Source: a virus (taxonomy: Duplodnaviria; Caudoviricetes). Taken from it: a stretch of 64,000 nt of DNA. Positions 16,737 to 24,985 of the stretch are shown one piece after another. A program made the translations under genes and the position numbers. The stretch is taken from IMG/VR virus record IMGVR_UViG_3300042013_000067, positions 219,623 to 283,622 of that record. The stretch is one strand, 5' to 3'. Under the pieces are notes generated by a model. It saw only the letters and a list, made by a program, of their open reading frames with translations. It was not told the DNA's origin and ran no database searches. Each line of letters begins with the position of its first letter. Within the stretch, counting starts at the first letter, position 1.

Positions 16737-18887
16737 ATGAACAAAGCCGAGGCCGATCTTAAAATCGGCATCCTACGTGACGAGATCACACGACATGATC
16801 ATCGTTACTACGTGTTGGATGATCCGGCTATTGCTGATGCTGATTACGACAACTTGATGCTGCAGTTGCGTGAGCTGGAAAAGCAATACCCCGATCTTGT
16901 AATACCCACCTCTCCTACACAACGAGTAGGCGGCTGGCGCAGTAATCAATTCGAATCAGTGGCACACGACTTCCCAATGCTTAGTCTGGGCAACGTGTTC
17001 ACTATTGAAGAGTTTATAGAGTGGACGCGTACGCTGCCACTGGGTACTCGGATCCTAGGTGAGTGGAAGCTCGATGGGTTAAGCCTGAGCCTGACCTATG
17101 AAGGCGGTTGGTTGGTGCGGGCAGTAACTCGTGGTGATGGTACGGTTGGTGAAGACGTGACGGTTAATGCCGTGCATGTAGCGGGTATCCCAAAACGACT
17201 ACCGCATGCAGACCCAGCCTCGGTCGTGACTGTTCGTGGTGAAGTTGTAACCACCAAGGAGAACTTCGCGAAGATCCAAGCGGAACTCGAAGCCAAGGGT
17301 GAGAAGCTCTTTGCTAACGAGCGTAACTTCGCTGCCGGTAGCCTGCGTCAGAAAGACCCACTGGTCACCAAGGCACGTAACCTTCAGTTCTATGCCTATA
17401 ACGTAACCACCACTGACGGTAACTTCCGTGCACACAGCCTCGGTATGGAGTGGGTACTGAAGAACGGTTTCCATTTGGCTACCTGCTTCGGTCAGTTCGA
17501 AACACCAGTGGATCCAGATGAAATCCATCTGGCGATTGGTGTGGTCGGCGGTACGCGTGAGAAGCTGCCGGTAGTGATCGATGGCCTAGTGTTTAAGGTT
17601 GATGAGTACGAGATCCAGAAAGGTTTGGGTTTCCGTTCTCGTGAACCACGTTGGGCTACGGCGTTTAAGTTCCCAGCTACTCAAGTCACCGCAACCATTA
17701 CAGGGGTTGATGATCAAGTCGGACGTACCGGTAACATTACCCCAGTGGCCCGGATTGACCCAGTGCGGATTCACGGTGTAGTGGTGTCGAACATCACGCT
17801 GCACAACTACGACGAGATCGCTCGTCTGGGTATCGGCATTGGTAGTAAGGTGATCATCGAACGTCGGGGTGACGTTATCCCGAAAGTGATGGGTCTGGAT
17901 CCGAATTACAATCCGCAGACCACACCAATCCCTGTACCGGTGCAGTGCCCAGTGTGTCATGCCACACTGGCACCGCGCATGAAGAAGGTCAAGAACGAAC
18001 TCGTAGTCAGTGCGGTACTCTACTGCACTAACCATCGGGCGTGTGTAGGCCAACTGAAAGCACGGATGTCGTGGTTTGTTGGCACTAACGGTCTGGACAT
18101 CGAAGACTTCGGTGACGAAACCGTGTCGCAGTTGGTAGACGAAGGTAAGTTGGGTAAGTGGAGTGACGTCTACGCGTTGACCTACGATGACTTCGACGGT
18201 ATGGAAGGCTGGGGTGAATCCAGTATTACCAAACTGCTTCGGAACATCAAGCTGTCCAAAGTCACCACGCAGATGAAGTTCCTTACAGCACTCGGCATAA
18301 ATGGCGCCGGTACCGGCACCTGTCGTCGAATGGTGGAAGCCTTGGGTACCATCGATCGGATCATGGCTGCAGCGTCTCAAACGTTGGAGCAAATCCGTGA
18401 CATCGGGCCTGATACCGCAATGGGGGTTGTGGAATGGCATCGGGAACATTACGGCGAACTCGAAGCGTTGTTAGCGCAGCACTTCACCTTCAGCGATGTC
18501 GGTCCGGTTCATCCGGATCTACTCGGGACCTTCACTGAGAAGGCCTTAATGAAGATCGCCAAGCGTGATAGTTTGAGCAATGACGGTATTGACCTGTTGC
18601 GTAAGCAGTGGGTTGACTGGGGCTTGCATGAATCCTGTGGTCGCGTAGAACGCGAGGCATTACCACTGGAAGGGCAAACCTGGGTGTTGACCGGTTCGTT
18701 TACCCATTACTCCCGTGAAGAAGCCACAGAGCGTCTCAGGGCCTTGGGTGCTACTGTCACCGGTAGTGTGTCAAAGAACACTAACTACGTCATTGCGGGC
18801 CCAGGGGCCGGTGCTAACGAGAAGAAAGCGTTAGCGCTAGGTGTTCCTGTACACGGAGAGGATTACCTCCGTAAGACACTTGAATAA
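16737..18887 (+). CDS. ligA: NAD+-dependent DNA ligase
   Basis: YYVLDDP.I.DADYD, KLDG adenylation motif, RGE, NFAAGSLRQ, OB fold, CPVC...C...C zinc finger, HhH repeats, BRCT (GQTWVLTGS...SVSKNTNYVIAG). Confidence 0.97.
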   Translation: MNKAEADLKIGILRDEITRHDHRYYVLDDPAIADADYDNLMLQLRELEKQYPDLVIPTSPTQRVGGWRSNQFESVAHDFPMLSLGNVFTIEEFIEWTRTLPLGTRILGEWKLDGLSLSLTYEGGWLVRAVTRGDGTVGEDVTVNAVHVAGIPKRLPHADPASVVTVRGEVVTTKENFAKIQAELEAKGEKLFANERNFAAGSLRQKDPLVTKARNLQFYAYNVTTTDGNFRAHSLGMEWVLKNGFHLATCFGQFETPVDPDEIHLAIGVVGGTREKLPVVIDGLVFKVDEYEIQKGLGFRSREPRWATAFKFPATQVTATITGVDDQVGRTGNITPVARIDPVRIHGVVVSNITLHNYDEIARLGIGIGSKVIIERRGDVIPKVMGLDPNYNPQTTPIPVPVQCPVCHATLAPRMKKVKNELVVSAVLYCTNHRACVGQLKARMSWFVGTNGLDIEDFGDETVSQLVDEGKLGKWSDVYALTYDDFDGMEGWGESSITKLLRNIKLSKVTTQMKFLTALGINGAGTGTCRRMVEALGTIDRIMAAASQTLEQIRDIGPDTAMGVVEWHREHYGELEALLAQHFTFSDVGPVHPDLLGTFTEKALMKIAKRDSLSNDGIDLLRKQWVDWGLHESCGRVEREALPLEGQTWVLTGSFTHYSREEATERLRALGATVTGSVSKNTNYVIAGPGAGANEKKALALGVPVHGEDYLRKTLE

Positions 18888-18928
18888 CTAGAAAGTAGGA
18901 CAAGGAAGTCCGCCGTTAGGAGTTAACG

Positions 18929-19258
18929 ATGTTTGACTTTGATGAGCGGTACGGCGCTATTAAGCGTAACATGGCTGATTACAGTAATCAGACATCCGTA
19001 CCTCAGGGGAGAAAGTTTATCTATGCTTACGTGGATCTCACCAACCGGGTGATTCATTTAGGCAAGACTGTTTCACCAGTAAACATTGCCTCGTACTACC
19101 ATGCCTTTCGGCGTAAGCACTCTACGGCAAAGTTACCTGCAAAGCTAAAGGGTTGCGATAAGAACACCCGATTGCTTTTCTTTATCAAAGACGATCCTGA
19201 TGGCGCGATCTATCGCCGTATCATACGGCCAGAACGATTATGGTGGCATCGACAATGA
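18929..19258 (+). CDS. hypothetical protein, GIY-YIG-like N-terminal motif
   Basis: FIYAYVDLTNRVIHLGKT; AGGAG SD. Confidence 0.65.
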   Translation: MFDFDERYGAIKRNMADYSNQTSVPQGRKFIYAYVDLTNRVIHLGKTVSPVNIASYYHAFRRKHSTAKLPAKLKGCDKNTRLLFFIKDDPDGAIYRRIIRPERLWWHRQ

Positions 19259-19455
19259 CCAATCCAAACAACTGCGATACTTGCGACTATAAAAAGATAC
19301 GGGGTCCTTAAGACGACCCAAAGCAATACTGCTACATGTTTTATGATCCGCCCAACGAACAGTGCATGCAGCACACTGGGCACCGTGAGGTCGACCTAAC
19401 TATCGGCGGCTTACTACGGTCCTTACTGAACCGACCCAAGAAGGACATTCCATGA
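19255..19455 (+). pseudogene. small Cys-rich gene interrupted by in-frame TAA at 19309-19311
   Basis: MTNPNNCDTCDYKKIRGP*DDPKQYCYMFYDPPNEQCMQHTGH...; ATGA overlaps with both neighbours. Confidence 0.65.
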
Positions 19456-20069
19456 CCACAGTTGTACTGACCCCAGATTATATCTTGGCTGACTGCCGAC
19501 TGACCAGTACCATCCACGTAAAGGATGAAGCGGGCAACGCCGTCACGTTGCGTGGTACTACCGATGATTACTGCAAGATCGGTGACCTGAACCTGCGCGA
19601 ACCGAATGATGGGGGCGACATCGAACCTTACGTTACCTTCGGTGATGTTGAGTTAGCCCGGAGTATGGTGCAGTTGGTTAAAGCAACTACCTTTAACAAC
19701 ATCGATGCAGTCCTGTCCGCATTCAGTCGCTTTAAGATCGAGATGCCGTCGGTACCTACTGGGTTCGCATGGGTGTCTGAGGCGGGCATTGCAGGCTACT
19801 TGATCTTTGAGAACGGCGGCTATCGTTTGATGCGCGTACCGGAAGGTACCGCTGTGGTAACGCTCGGTAGCGGTCGTGAACTGTTCTACGAACACTTCAA
19901 CACCCACCGCGACATCGAAACGGCCTTCTACCATGCCTTGGCCAATGACCCACATTCTTCGGATCGCGTGTATGATCAGTGGGATCGCGAGACGGGCGTC
20001 GTTAGCCGTACCCAATTACCCGATGGGATCGTCCAGACGTTGGAAGAGCTGGTTAGCTCTACTTCCTAA
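19452..20069 (+). CDS. second Ntn-hydrolase, HslV/proteasome-beta-like protein
   Basis: MTT....YILADCR, YCKIG, LGSG, DPHSS motifs, colinear with 9658-10263. Confidence 0.55.
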   Translation: MTTVVLTPDYILADCRLTSTIHVKDEAGNAVTLRGTTDDYCKIGDLNLREPNDGGDIEPYVTFGDVELARSMVQLVKATTFNNIDAVLSAFSRFKIEMPSVPTGFAWVSEAGIAGYLIFENGGYRLMRVPEGTAVVTLGSGRELFYEHFNTHRDIETAFYHALANDPHSSDRVYDQWDRETGVVSRTQLPDGIVQTLEELVSSTS

Positions 20070-20542
20070 TGGACTCCCAACTGATCGTAGTGGACTTTAG
20101 CAAGGTCAAACGGCAGATTGACTTCCGTGGACTTACGGGGTTTACCACCGACACCGTGAGCTACTATAGGGACGATCTGTTTGATGATTTCTCAGCGTAT
20201 CTGTTTAACTACGAGCGTTGGGGCGAACGTCCACTGTTCCAACTGGTCTTCTTGTTCACAGGGCAGCCAGAACCTAACGGAGTGCTGGTTAATTCCGTTG
20301 AGGTAAACGAAATCGTACTACGGTCCAGCCTGCGCTATGCGGCATGGGTTAAGGGTCAATTGGTTGCAGTGACCCATAACGGCAATCGTACCATATGTGG
20401 CTTTGCCTCTACCGAAAAATACCCCGACCTAGGCAATACGTTGAACTGGTTAGTGGAACCAATCGTGGAGAAACAAGATGCGGAACCTTGCAGTGGAGAA
20501 GATCCAGCAGAAACGCCAACAGCGCCAGTTTCTGGCGGCTAA
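20069..20542 (+). CDS. hypothetical protein (157 aa)
   Basis: TAATG overlap with upstream gene. Confidence 0.75.
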   Translation: MDSQLIVVDFSKVKRQIDFRGLTGFTTDTVSYYRDDLFDDFSAYLFNYERWGERPLFQLVFLFTGQPEPNGVLVNSVEVNEIVLRSSLRYAAWVKGQLVAVTHNGNRTICGFASTEKYPDLGNTLNWLVEPIVEKQDAEPCSGEDPAETPTAPVSGG

Positions 20543-20609
20543 TGTTGCTGTGATTGCTGGCGGTGTCAGCTACGCGTTGTTCGAATTGTTTAAGCCGTTC
20601 TTACACTGA
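20478..20609 (+). CDS. small membrane protein (43 aa; not in ORF track)
   Basis: GGAG SD; MRNLAVEKIQQKRQQRQFLAANVAVIAGGVSYALFELFKPFLH. Confidence 0.5.
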   Translation: MRNLAVEKIQQKRQQRQFLAANVAVIAGGVSYALFELFKPFLH

Positions 20610-20837
20610 AGGAAAAGTTTACACATTCTGTAATGATATGTGGAAGCACCCTCAAATGCGAACACACGTTCTTTAAAACCCAGGCAACACCCCTAAGGCG
20701 AGCTTCGCCCTCGTCAATTACCCTTATCGTACCAGCGTTTAAGGGCAGGTAAACTAGAAGAGCTGAGATCCCGCATATGGCAGCTGGCCGTAGTGCGTCC
20801 GATCGAAGTCTGAAGGGGCACCTCTAGCGTACAAAGC

Positions 20838-20869
20838 GTAGCCCGCCCCACAGGGGCGGGTCTATGTCC
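20838..20869 (+). terminator. hairpin (RCATA/TATGY family)
   Basis: CCCGCCCC-aca-GGGGCGGG-TCTATGTCC. Confidence 0.75.
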
Positions 20870-20888
20870 GCTCAACTATAATTCACGT

Positions 20889-20907
20889 CTATATTACAAA
20901 CGTGAAT
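20889..20907 (+). promoter_or_regulatory. early-type promoter motif
   Basis: CTATATTAC-aaac-GTGAAT, inside the inverted repeat ATTCACGT...ACGTGAAT. Confidence 0.65.
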
Positions 20908-20929
20908 CTCCACATCTACGGTGACCATT

Positions 20930-21316
20930 ATGCGTGCCCGTTGCACTACGATGCAAGAAATGAAAGCGTACACCTGTGAAGAACCCGGTTGTAAGTTTGC
21001 CCCATCGTATCAGGTGATAGAAGGTACCGATTCTCGCTACTTCTGTAGCGATCATTATGCCGACTTCCAGCATACGCAGGTACAGGCGCATGCCAAGCAG
21101 TACTGTGAGCTCTGCGGGAACCAGTCTCCTGAGTTCTTTGATTCACCGAAGTTTGGTGATGCCGATCCCAGCAAACGTTATAAAGTTTGTGTGGGTTGTC
21201 GGGACGAGCAGGAAGAACTAGCGGCTGCTGAGTTTGCTATTGAAGAAGAACCACCAGTCAAAGATGACGAGGACGATCGTCCTAATCTCGATGACTCTAA
21301 ATACGACGAGTTCTAA
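20930..21316 (+). CDS. double zinc-finger-like protein with acidic tail
   Basis: CEEPGC...FCSDH and CELC...CVGC ligand pairs. Confidence 0.75.
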   Translation: MRARCTTMQEMKAYTCEEPGCKFAPSYQVIEGTDSRYFCSDHYADFQHTQVQAHAKQYCELCGNQSPEFFDSPKFGDADPSKRYKVCVGCRDEQEELAAAEFAIEEEPPVKDDEDDRPNLDDSKYDEF

Positions 21317-21317
21317 C

Positions 21318-21683
21318 ATGCATGCGAACACTAAAGTCCCAGTACACGACGTCAACTTTCGCATTACGGTAGATGGACGAGACCGGGTAGCGCCGGCGGA
21401 AATGGTGTCGACGTCTGATCCTCACGATGCATATGCCACCCTCTGTACACTGCTGGGTTACTGCACCGCTCAACTCAATAGCGGTAACGGTGTAGAATAT
21501 CGAGTGGAGATCCGACTCGAAGAGCTTAGCTCGGCACAGATTGCACGCCTGTATGGTCTGATGCCCCATACCGCTCATGTGCTTCGAGCAGATCTTAGTG
21601 AGCACCGGGTGAAAGCTGCGGTATCTGACTACAGCATCACATTCAATCGCATCCGGAGTAAGGGTGATGAACAAAAAACCTGA
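21318..21683 (+). CDS. hypothetical protein
   Basis: ATG 1 nt after upstream stop (start revised from 21234). Confidence 0.7.
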   Translation: MHANTKVPVHDVNFRITVDGRDRVAPAEMVSTSDPHDAYATLCTLLGYCTAQLNSGNGVEYRVEIRLEELSSAQIARLYGLMPHTAHVLRADLSEHRVKAAVSDYSITFNRIRSKGDEQKT

Positions 21684-22137
21684 CTTACAATCTGACTTCG
21701 ACCGTTATGTCGGCATGCCCGGTATCGCTAAGGGCATTGCCCTCTTAAAGGCTAACGGCACCCCAACCGAACAACTCGAAGACTTCGTTTCGATGTTCGC
21801 TATGGACGATGTCGCGTATCTGGAGGTGCGATGGTTACCCGAAGATCCACCACGATGGGTACTCGTAACCAAGCATTTCATTATCGGTTCATATCACCCC
21901 ACACCGGAGCGGGATATCTCCTTTCGGGGACATATGGAAATCATGGAGGGTATCCGGACATTTCAGAGTGGCTACGGCGCGGATAACGTATTGGCCTTGT
22001 TCGCACAACACTGTATTTTCGAGGATACGGACTGCTTTACTATCCATGGGAACCCCGCGGGCCTAACGTATACATGGTCACTGCAAACATCACGCCATAA
22101 TTTCGCATCCAAGCCACAGTGCTACGAGGCATCATGA
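21664..22137 (+). CDS. hypothetical protein (157 aa)
   Basis: Co-oriented, ATGA overlap downstream. Confidence 0.75.
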   Translation: MMNKKPDLQSDFDRYVGMPGIAKGIALLKANGTPTEQLEDFVSMFAMDDVAYLEVRWLPEDPPRWVLVTKHFIIGSYHPTPERDISFRGHMEIMEGIRTFQSGYGADNVLALFAQHCIFEDTDCFTIHGNPAGLTYTWSLQTSRHNFASKPQCYEAS

Positions 22138-22454
22138 CCACAGTCACATACTCACTGTCCGATGGAGATAATCAAGTCCCCATCGATGCGTACGGACCTT
22201 TGACTTCAGTACTGGGTGATGAGCCAGGTGCATTGCGTAGCATTGCCTACGCTGTAGGGTCTGCTGTTGCACATCTGCGTAACAACCCACAGCTGACCAG
22301 CTTGCGCCTGTCCATCCACGGGGCCGTAACCGGGGCTGAGCATCGCATGGTCAATGACTACATGGGTAAGTCACTGATGCACCTGTACAACCGTACCCGC
22401 AACACCGACGTATTCAGTTTCGATCATGAAACACTTACCCTCACCATCTACTAA
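22134..22454 (+). CDS. hypothetical protein
   Basis: GAGG SD, ATGA overlap. Confidence 0.75.
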   Translation: MTTVTYSLSDGDNQVPIDAYGPLTSVLGDEPGALRSIAYAVGSAVAHLRNNPQLTSLRLSIHGAVTGAEHRMVNDYMGKSLMHLYNRTRNTDVFSFDHETLTLTIY

Positions 22455-22466
22455 CTAGGGACAAGC

Positions 22467-22979
22467 ATGCTAAGCACAAACAACCGCCCGGCATTCGATA
22501 CACTGTTTCACCGTCAGTTGAGTTTTATCGATTTCGACCGTAACGTCACCGTCTGCTCAGTCAACACCGAACTCACGCTGGCAGACGTTGGGGTAATTGT
22601 CAAGGCGCGTGCTAACCTCGGCAATTATGCATTCGTACCACATACCGCCAAACTGACGGAAAACAAGAAGGGTGTGACTTGGATCATTATTCCATCGCAT
22701 CAGGGTTGGGTCGCCGTCAGTGACGAAGCCAAGATGAGTTGGAGTGCTTCTTACCATACTCGTTTGATGGAGCTCGGGGATGTGGATTTCGACGACCTAC
22801 AGACCCTAGTGGTGTGTGCGATCACCTGTGGTGTGCCGCTACAACGGCTGATGGAATACCTTGTTCGTAGCGACGTTGAACCCCGCCATGTCTACACTGA
22901 AATCATCGAAATTATGCGTGAAGCCATTAATCTCATTGGTGGTACGCGCTTAAAGCGTGAGCTTTACCGTACGCATTAA
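22467..22979 (+). CDS. hypothetical protein (170 aa)
   Basis: Last gene of plus block, ends at bidirectional hairpin. Confidence 0.8.
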   Translation: MLSTNNRPAFDTLFHRQLSFIDFDRNVTVCSVNTELTLADVGVIVKARANLGNYAFVPHTAKLTENKKGVTWIIIPSHQGWVAVSDEAKMSWSASYHTRLMELGDVDFDDLQTLVVCAITCGVPLQRLMEYLVRSDVEPRHVYTEIIEIMREAINLIGGTRLKRELYRTH

Positions 22980-22980
22980 C

Positions 22981-23018
22981 GACATAAAGCCCCTCCCACA
23001 CAGGGAGGGGTTTATGCC
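22981..23018. terminator. bidirectional terminator between convergent blocks
   Basis: GACATAAAGCCCCTCCC-acaca-GGGAGGGGTTTATGCC, then T-tract. Confidence 0.85.
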
Positions 23019-23029
23019 GCTTTTCTTTT

Positions 23030-23914
23030 TTACTTCACCGACGCATCGATGTAAGCAATGGCTGTACGTAGCCAGTTGTAGAACACATCGAACCCGATGT
23101 CTTTGCGTTTGTAGTAGTCAGACTCGTAACGGCTGGTGAACTGATACACATCGTGAATCAGCTTGAAGCACAGTTGCTGACTCTCGACATCATCCCGGTC
23201 GAAGGATGCCGTAGACAATACCCGCGCGCCTTCCTGACTGTAGAGATACCAGCGCTTGTTCAGCGTAGTCGCGTAGTTCTCTTCCCATTTCTTGTGGAAA
23301 CCCATGTTGGTGAAGAAGCTATCGCACATGTACACCAGCGTGGCGACAAGCTTAGTGCAGCTTTCTTTGGTCAGCGCTGGCAGGCTAGCGCCTTCCTGAC
23401 TGATGTCGTAGCTGGTGTCGACCACAGCAAACTTCGGTGTGGTGTACGACAAGTCACGCGCTTCAACGAAGGCCTTTAGTTTGGCTTTGTCGTTGTAGTG
23501 GTAAGCATTGACGAACTCGAAGGTGGGTTGAACACGAGCGAAGAACGGCTCGGCCATTGCCTGGTTCTTCTTAAACGCGTCGACCCAAGCATCAGACAGC
23601 TTACGCATGGCTGTGTTGTAGTCACCGGTGAATGCTTTACCAAACTTACCCAGCTTGACTTCACCTTCTACGAAGCGGCGTTTACCGAGCCACTCCGGAC
23701 TCAGATAGGTCTTTTCCAACAGACCTTTGTTCAGACGGGGTTCACCCTTGTCATCGGTCAGCTTCGGTGGACGACCGTGGCGCATGTTACGCCATACGTC
23801 ACCAATCGACTGGAAGAAACCTTCTTCCGATACGACCAGGTAGTCTTCGATGGAGACACGTTCGTCGCCGACCACGCCGATATTGGCGTTTAAGAAATCA
23901 ACAGGATTTTCCAT
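23030..23914 (-). CDS. phiKZ-like internal head/virion protein (processed paralogue)
   Basis: Acidic propeptide ending VSIE...VSEEGFF; S-x-E is the phiKZ-family prohead protease motif. Confidence 0.65.
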   Translation of the reverse strand: MENPVDFLNANIGVVGDERVSIEDYLVVSEEGFFQSIGDVWRNMRHGRPPKLTDDKGEPRLNKGLLEKTYLSPEWLGKRRFVEGEVKLGKFGKAFTGDYNTAMRKLSDAWVDAFKKNQAMAEPFFARVQPTFEFVNAYHYNDKAKLKAFVEARDLSYTTPKFAVVDTSYDISQEGASLPALTKESCTKLVATLVYMCDSFFTNMGFHKKWEENYATTLNKRWYLYSQEGARVLSTASFDRDDVESQQLCFKLIHDVYQFTSRYESDYYKRKDIGFDVFYNWLRTAIAYIDASVK

Positions 23915-24933
23915 TACTTCACCGATGCATCAATGAGTCGAGCGTAAGCTCGGATGATCGAATCAACATGACGCACGTGGAATGCGATCGTGCGATTCGG
24001 AATGTTGTAGACGGTCTTCATCAGATCGAACATCCGATCCTGTGCGTCGGTGTCGATGTCAGCGGACGGGTTGGCGATGGTCTGATCTTGGGCATCGTTC
24101 TGGTATTCTTCCAGAGTATCCATGTAAGCGTCGACGGCTTTGAAACCTTTGAGGTTAGCAAAATCGTTACGCAATTCAGCCAGCACATCGAGGGCCTCAG
24201 ACATTTTGATGATACCCTGAGCCGAGCTGGTGATCTCTGCCACGGTCAACGCAGGACGTTGGTACTGTTTGAGCTTGCTCGCTGCAAACGGTTTGTCGCT
24301 ATCGACCGACATGGTCAGGATGCGCTGAATATGGGTGTTACCGAACTGGGTGCGGTAGTCCACGGTCAGGCGTACCTGCGATCGCTCCAGAGCCTCGGTC
24401 ACTGCCTCAACTTCGAAAAGGTTCAGGTCCTCCACGTCGTTGATGTTAACCTTACGCATGATGCGTTGCAGTTCTAGGTCGACATGGCGCAAGTATTGCG
24501 AGTAGGCCTCAGACACCTTACGCAGTTTTGTGAGGAAGTCTTCGATGGGTGCAGACAGATCACCAGTTTCAATCACACCGTCGATACCGATGTAGTCGTG
24601 GCTACCGTCTAGACGCAGCTGTGTGCCTTGACGCAGAACGCGCTTAGACAACCAATCGGGATTCAGATAGGTCTTTTGCAGTGCTGCCACAATCGTGCTA
24701 CGACGACCAGTCCAGCCACCAGTCATGGCACCCACACCGGGCTTACCCGGTTCAGACAGCCACAGCCAGAAGCTCTTCAGCACATCGGTAAAGCCTTCTT
24801 GGGAAACGGTCGTGTCACCCTCTGTGCCAAACAACTGATCGATGTGTGCTTCAACCGGCACCACCGCATCGGTTGCGGCGATGGCGTTCTCATTAAGGTA
24901 GTTTTCAATATCCACTTTAGCCCCCTTGGGCAC
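23914..24933 (-). CDS. phiKZ-like internal head/virion protein (processed paralogue)
   Basis: VSQEGF motif; W...YL.P.WL.KR and C-terminal IDASVK shared with 23030-23914. Confidence 0.65.
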   Translation of the reverse strand: MPKGAKVDIENYLNENAIAATDAVVPVEAHIDQLFGTEGDTTVSQEGFTDVLKSFWLWLSEPGKPGVGAMTGGWTGRRSTIVAALQKTYLNPDWLSKRVLRQGTQLRLDGSHDYIGIDGVIETGDLSAPIEDFLTKLRKVSEAYSQYLRHVDLELQRIMRKVNINDVEDLNLFEVEAVTEALERSQVRLTVDYRTQFGNTHIQRILTMSVDSDKPFAASKLKQYQRPALTVAEITSSAQGIIKMSEALDVLAELRNDFANLKGFKAVDAYMDTLEEYQNDAQDQTIANPSADIDTDAQDRMFDLMKTVYNIPNRTIAFHVRHVDSIIRAYARLIDASVK

Positions 24934-24985
24934 GTTAAAACAATTGCTACATACTTGTTAATGTGGCGCTAACCGTGAATATCCA

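Noticed and set aside
16127-19455. Genome-wide stop-codon reassignment suggested by TAA 19309 and TAG 16253
   Set aside because: Long conserved genes have no internal stops, and TAA, TAG and TGA all end tightly packed genes; these are isolated cases
23767-24477. 236-aa plus-strand ORF
   Set aside because: Antisense to two head-protein genes; composition not protein-like
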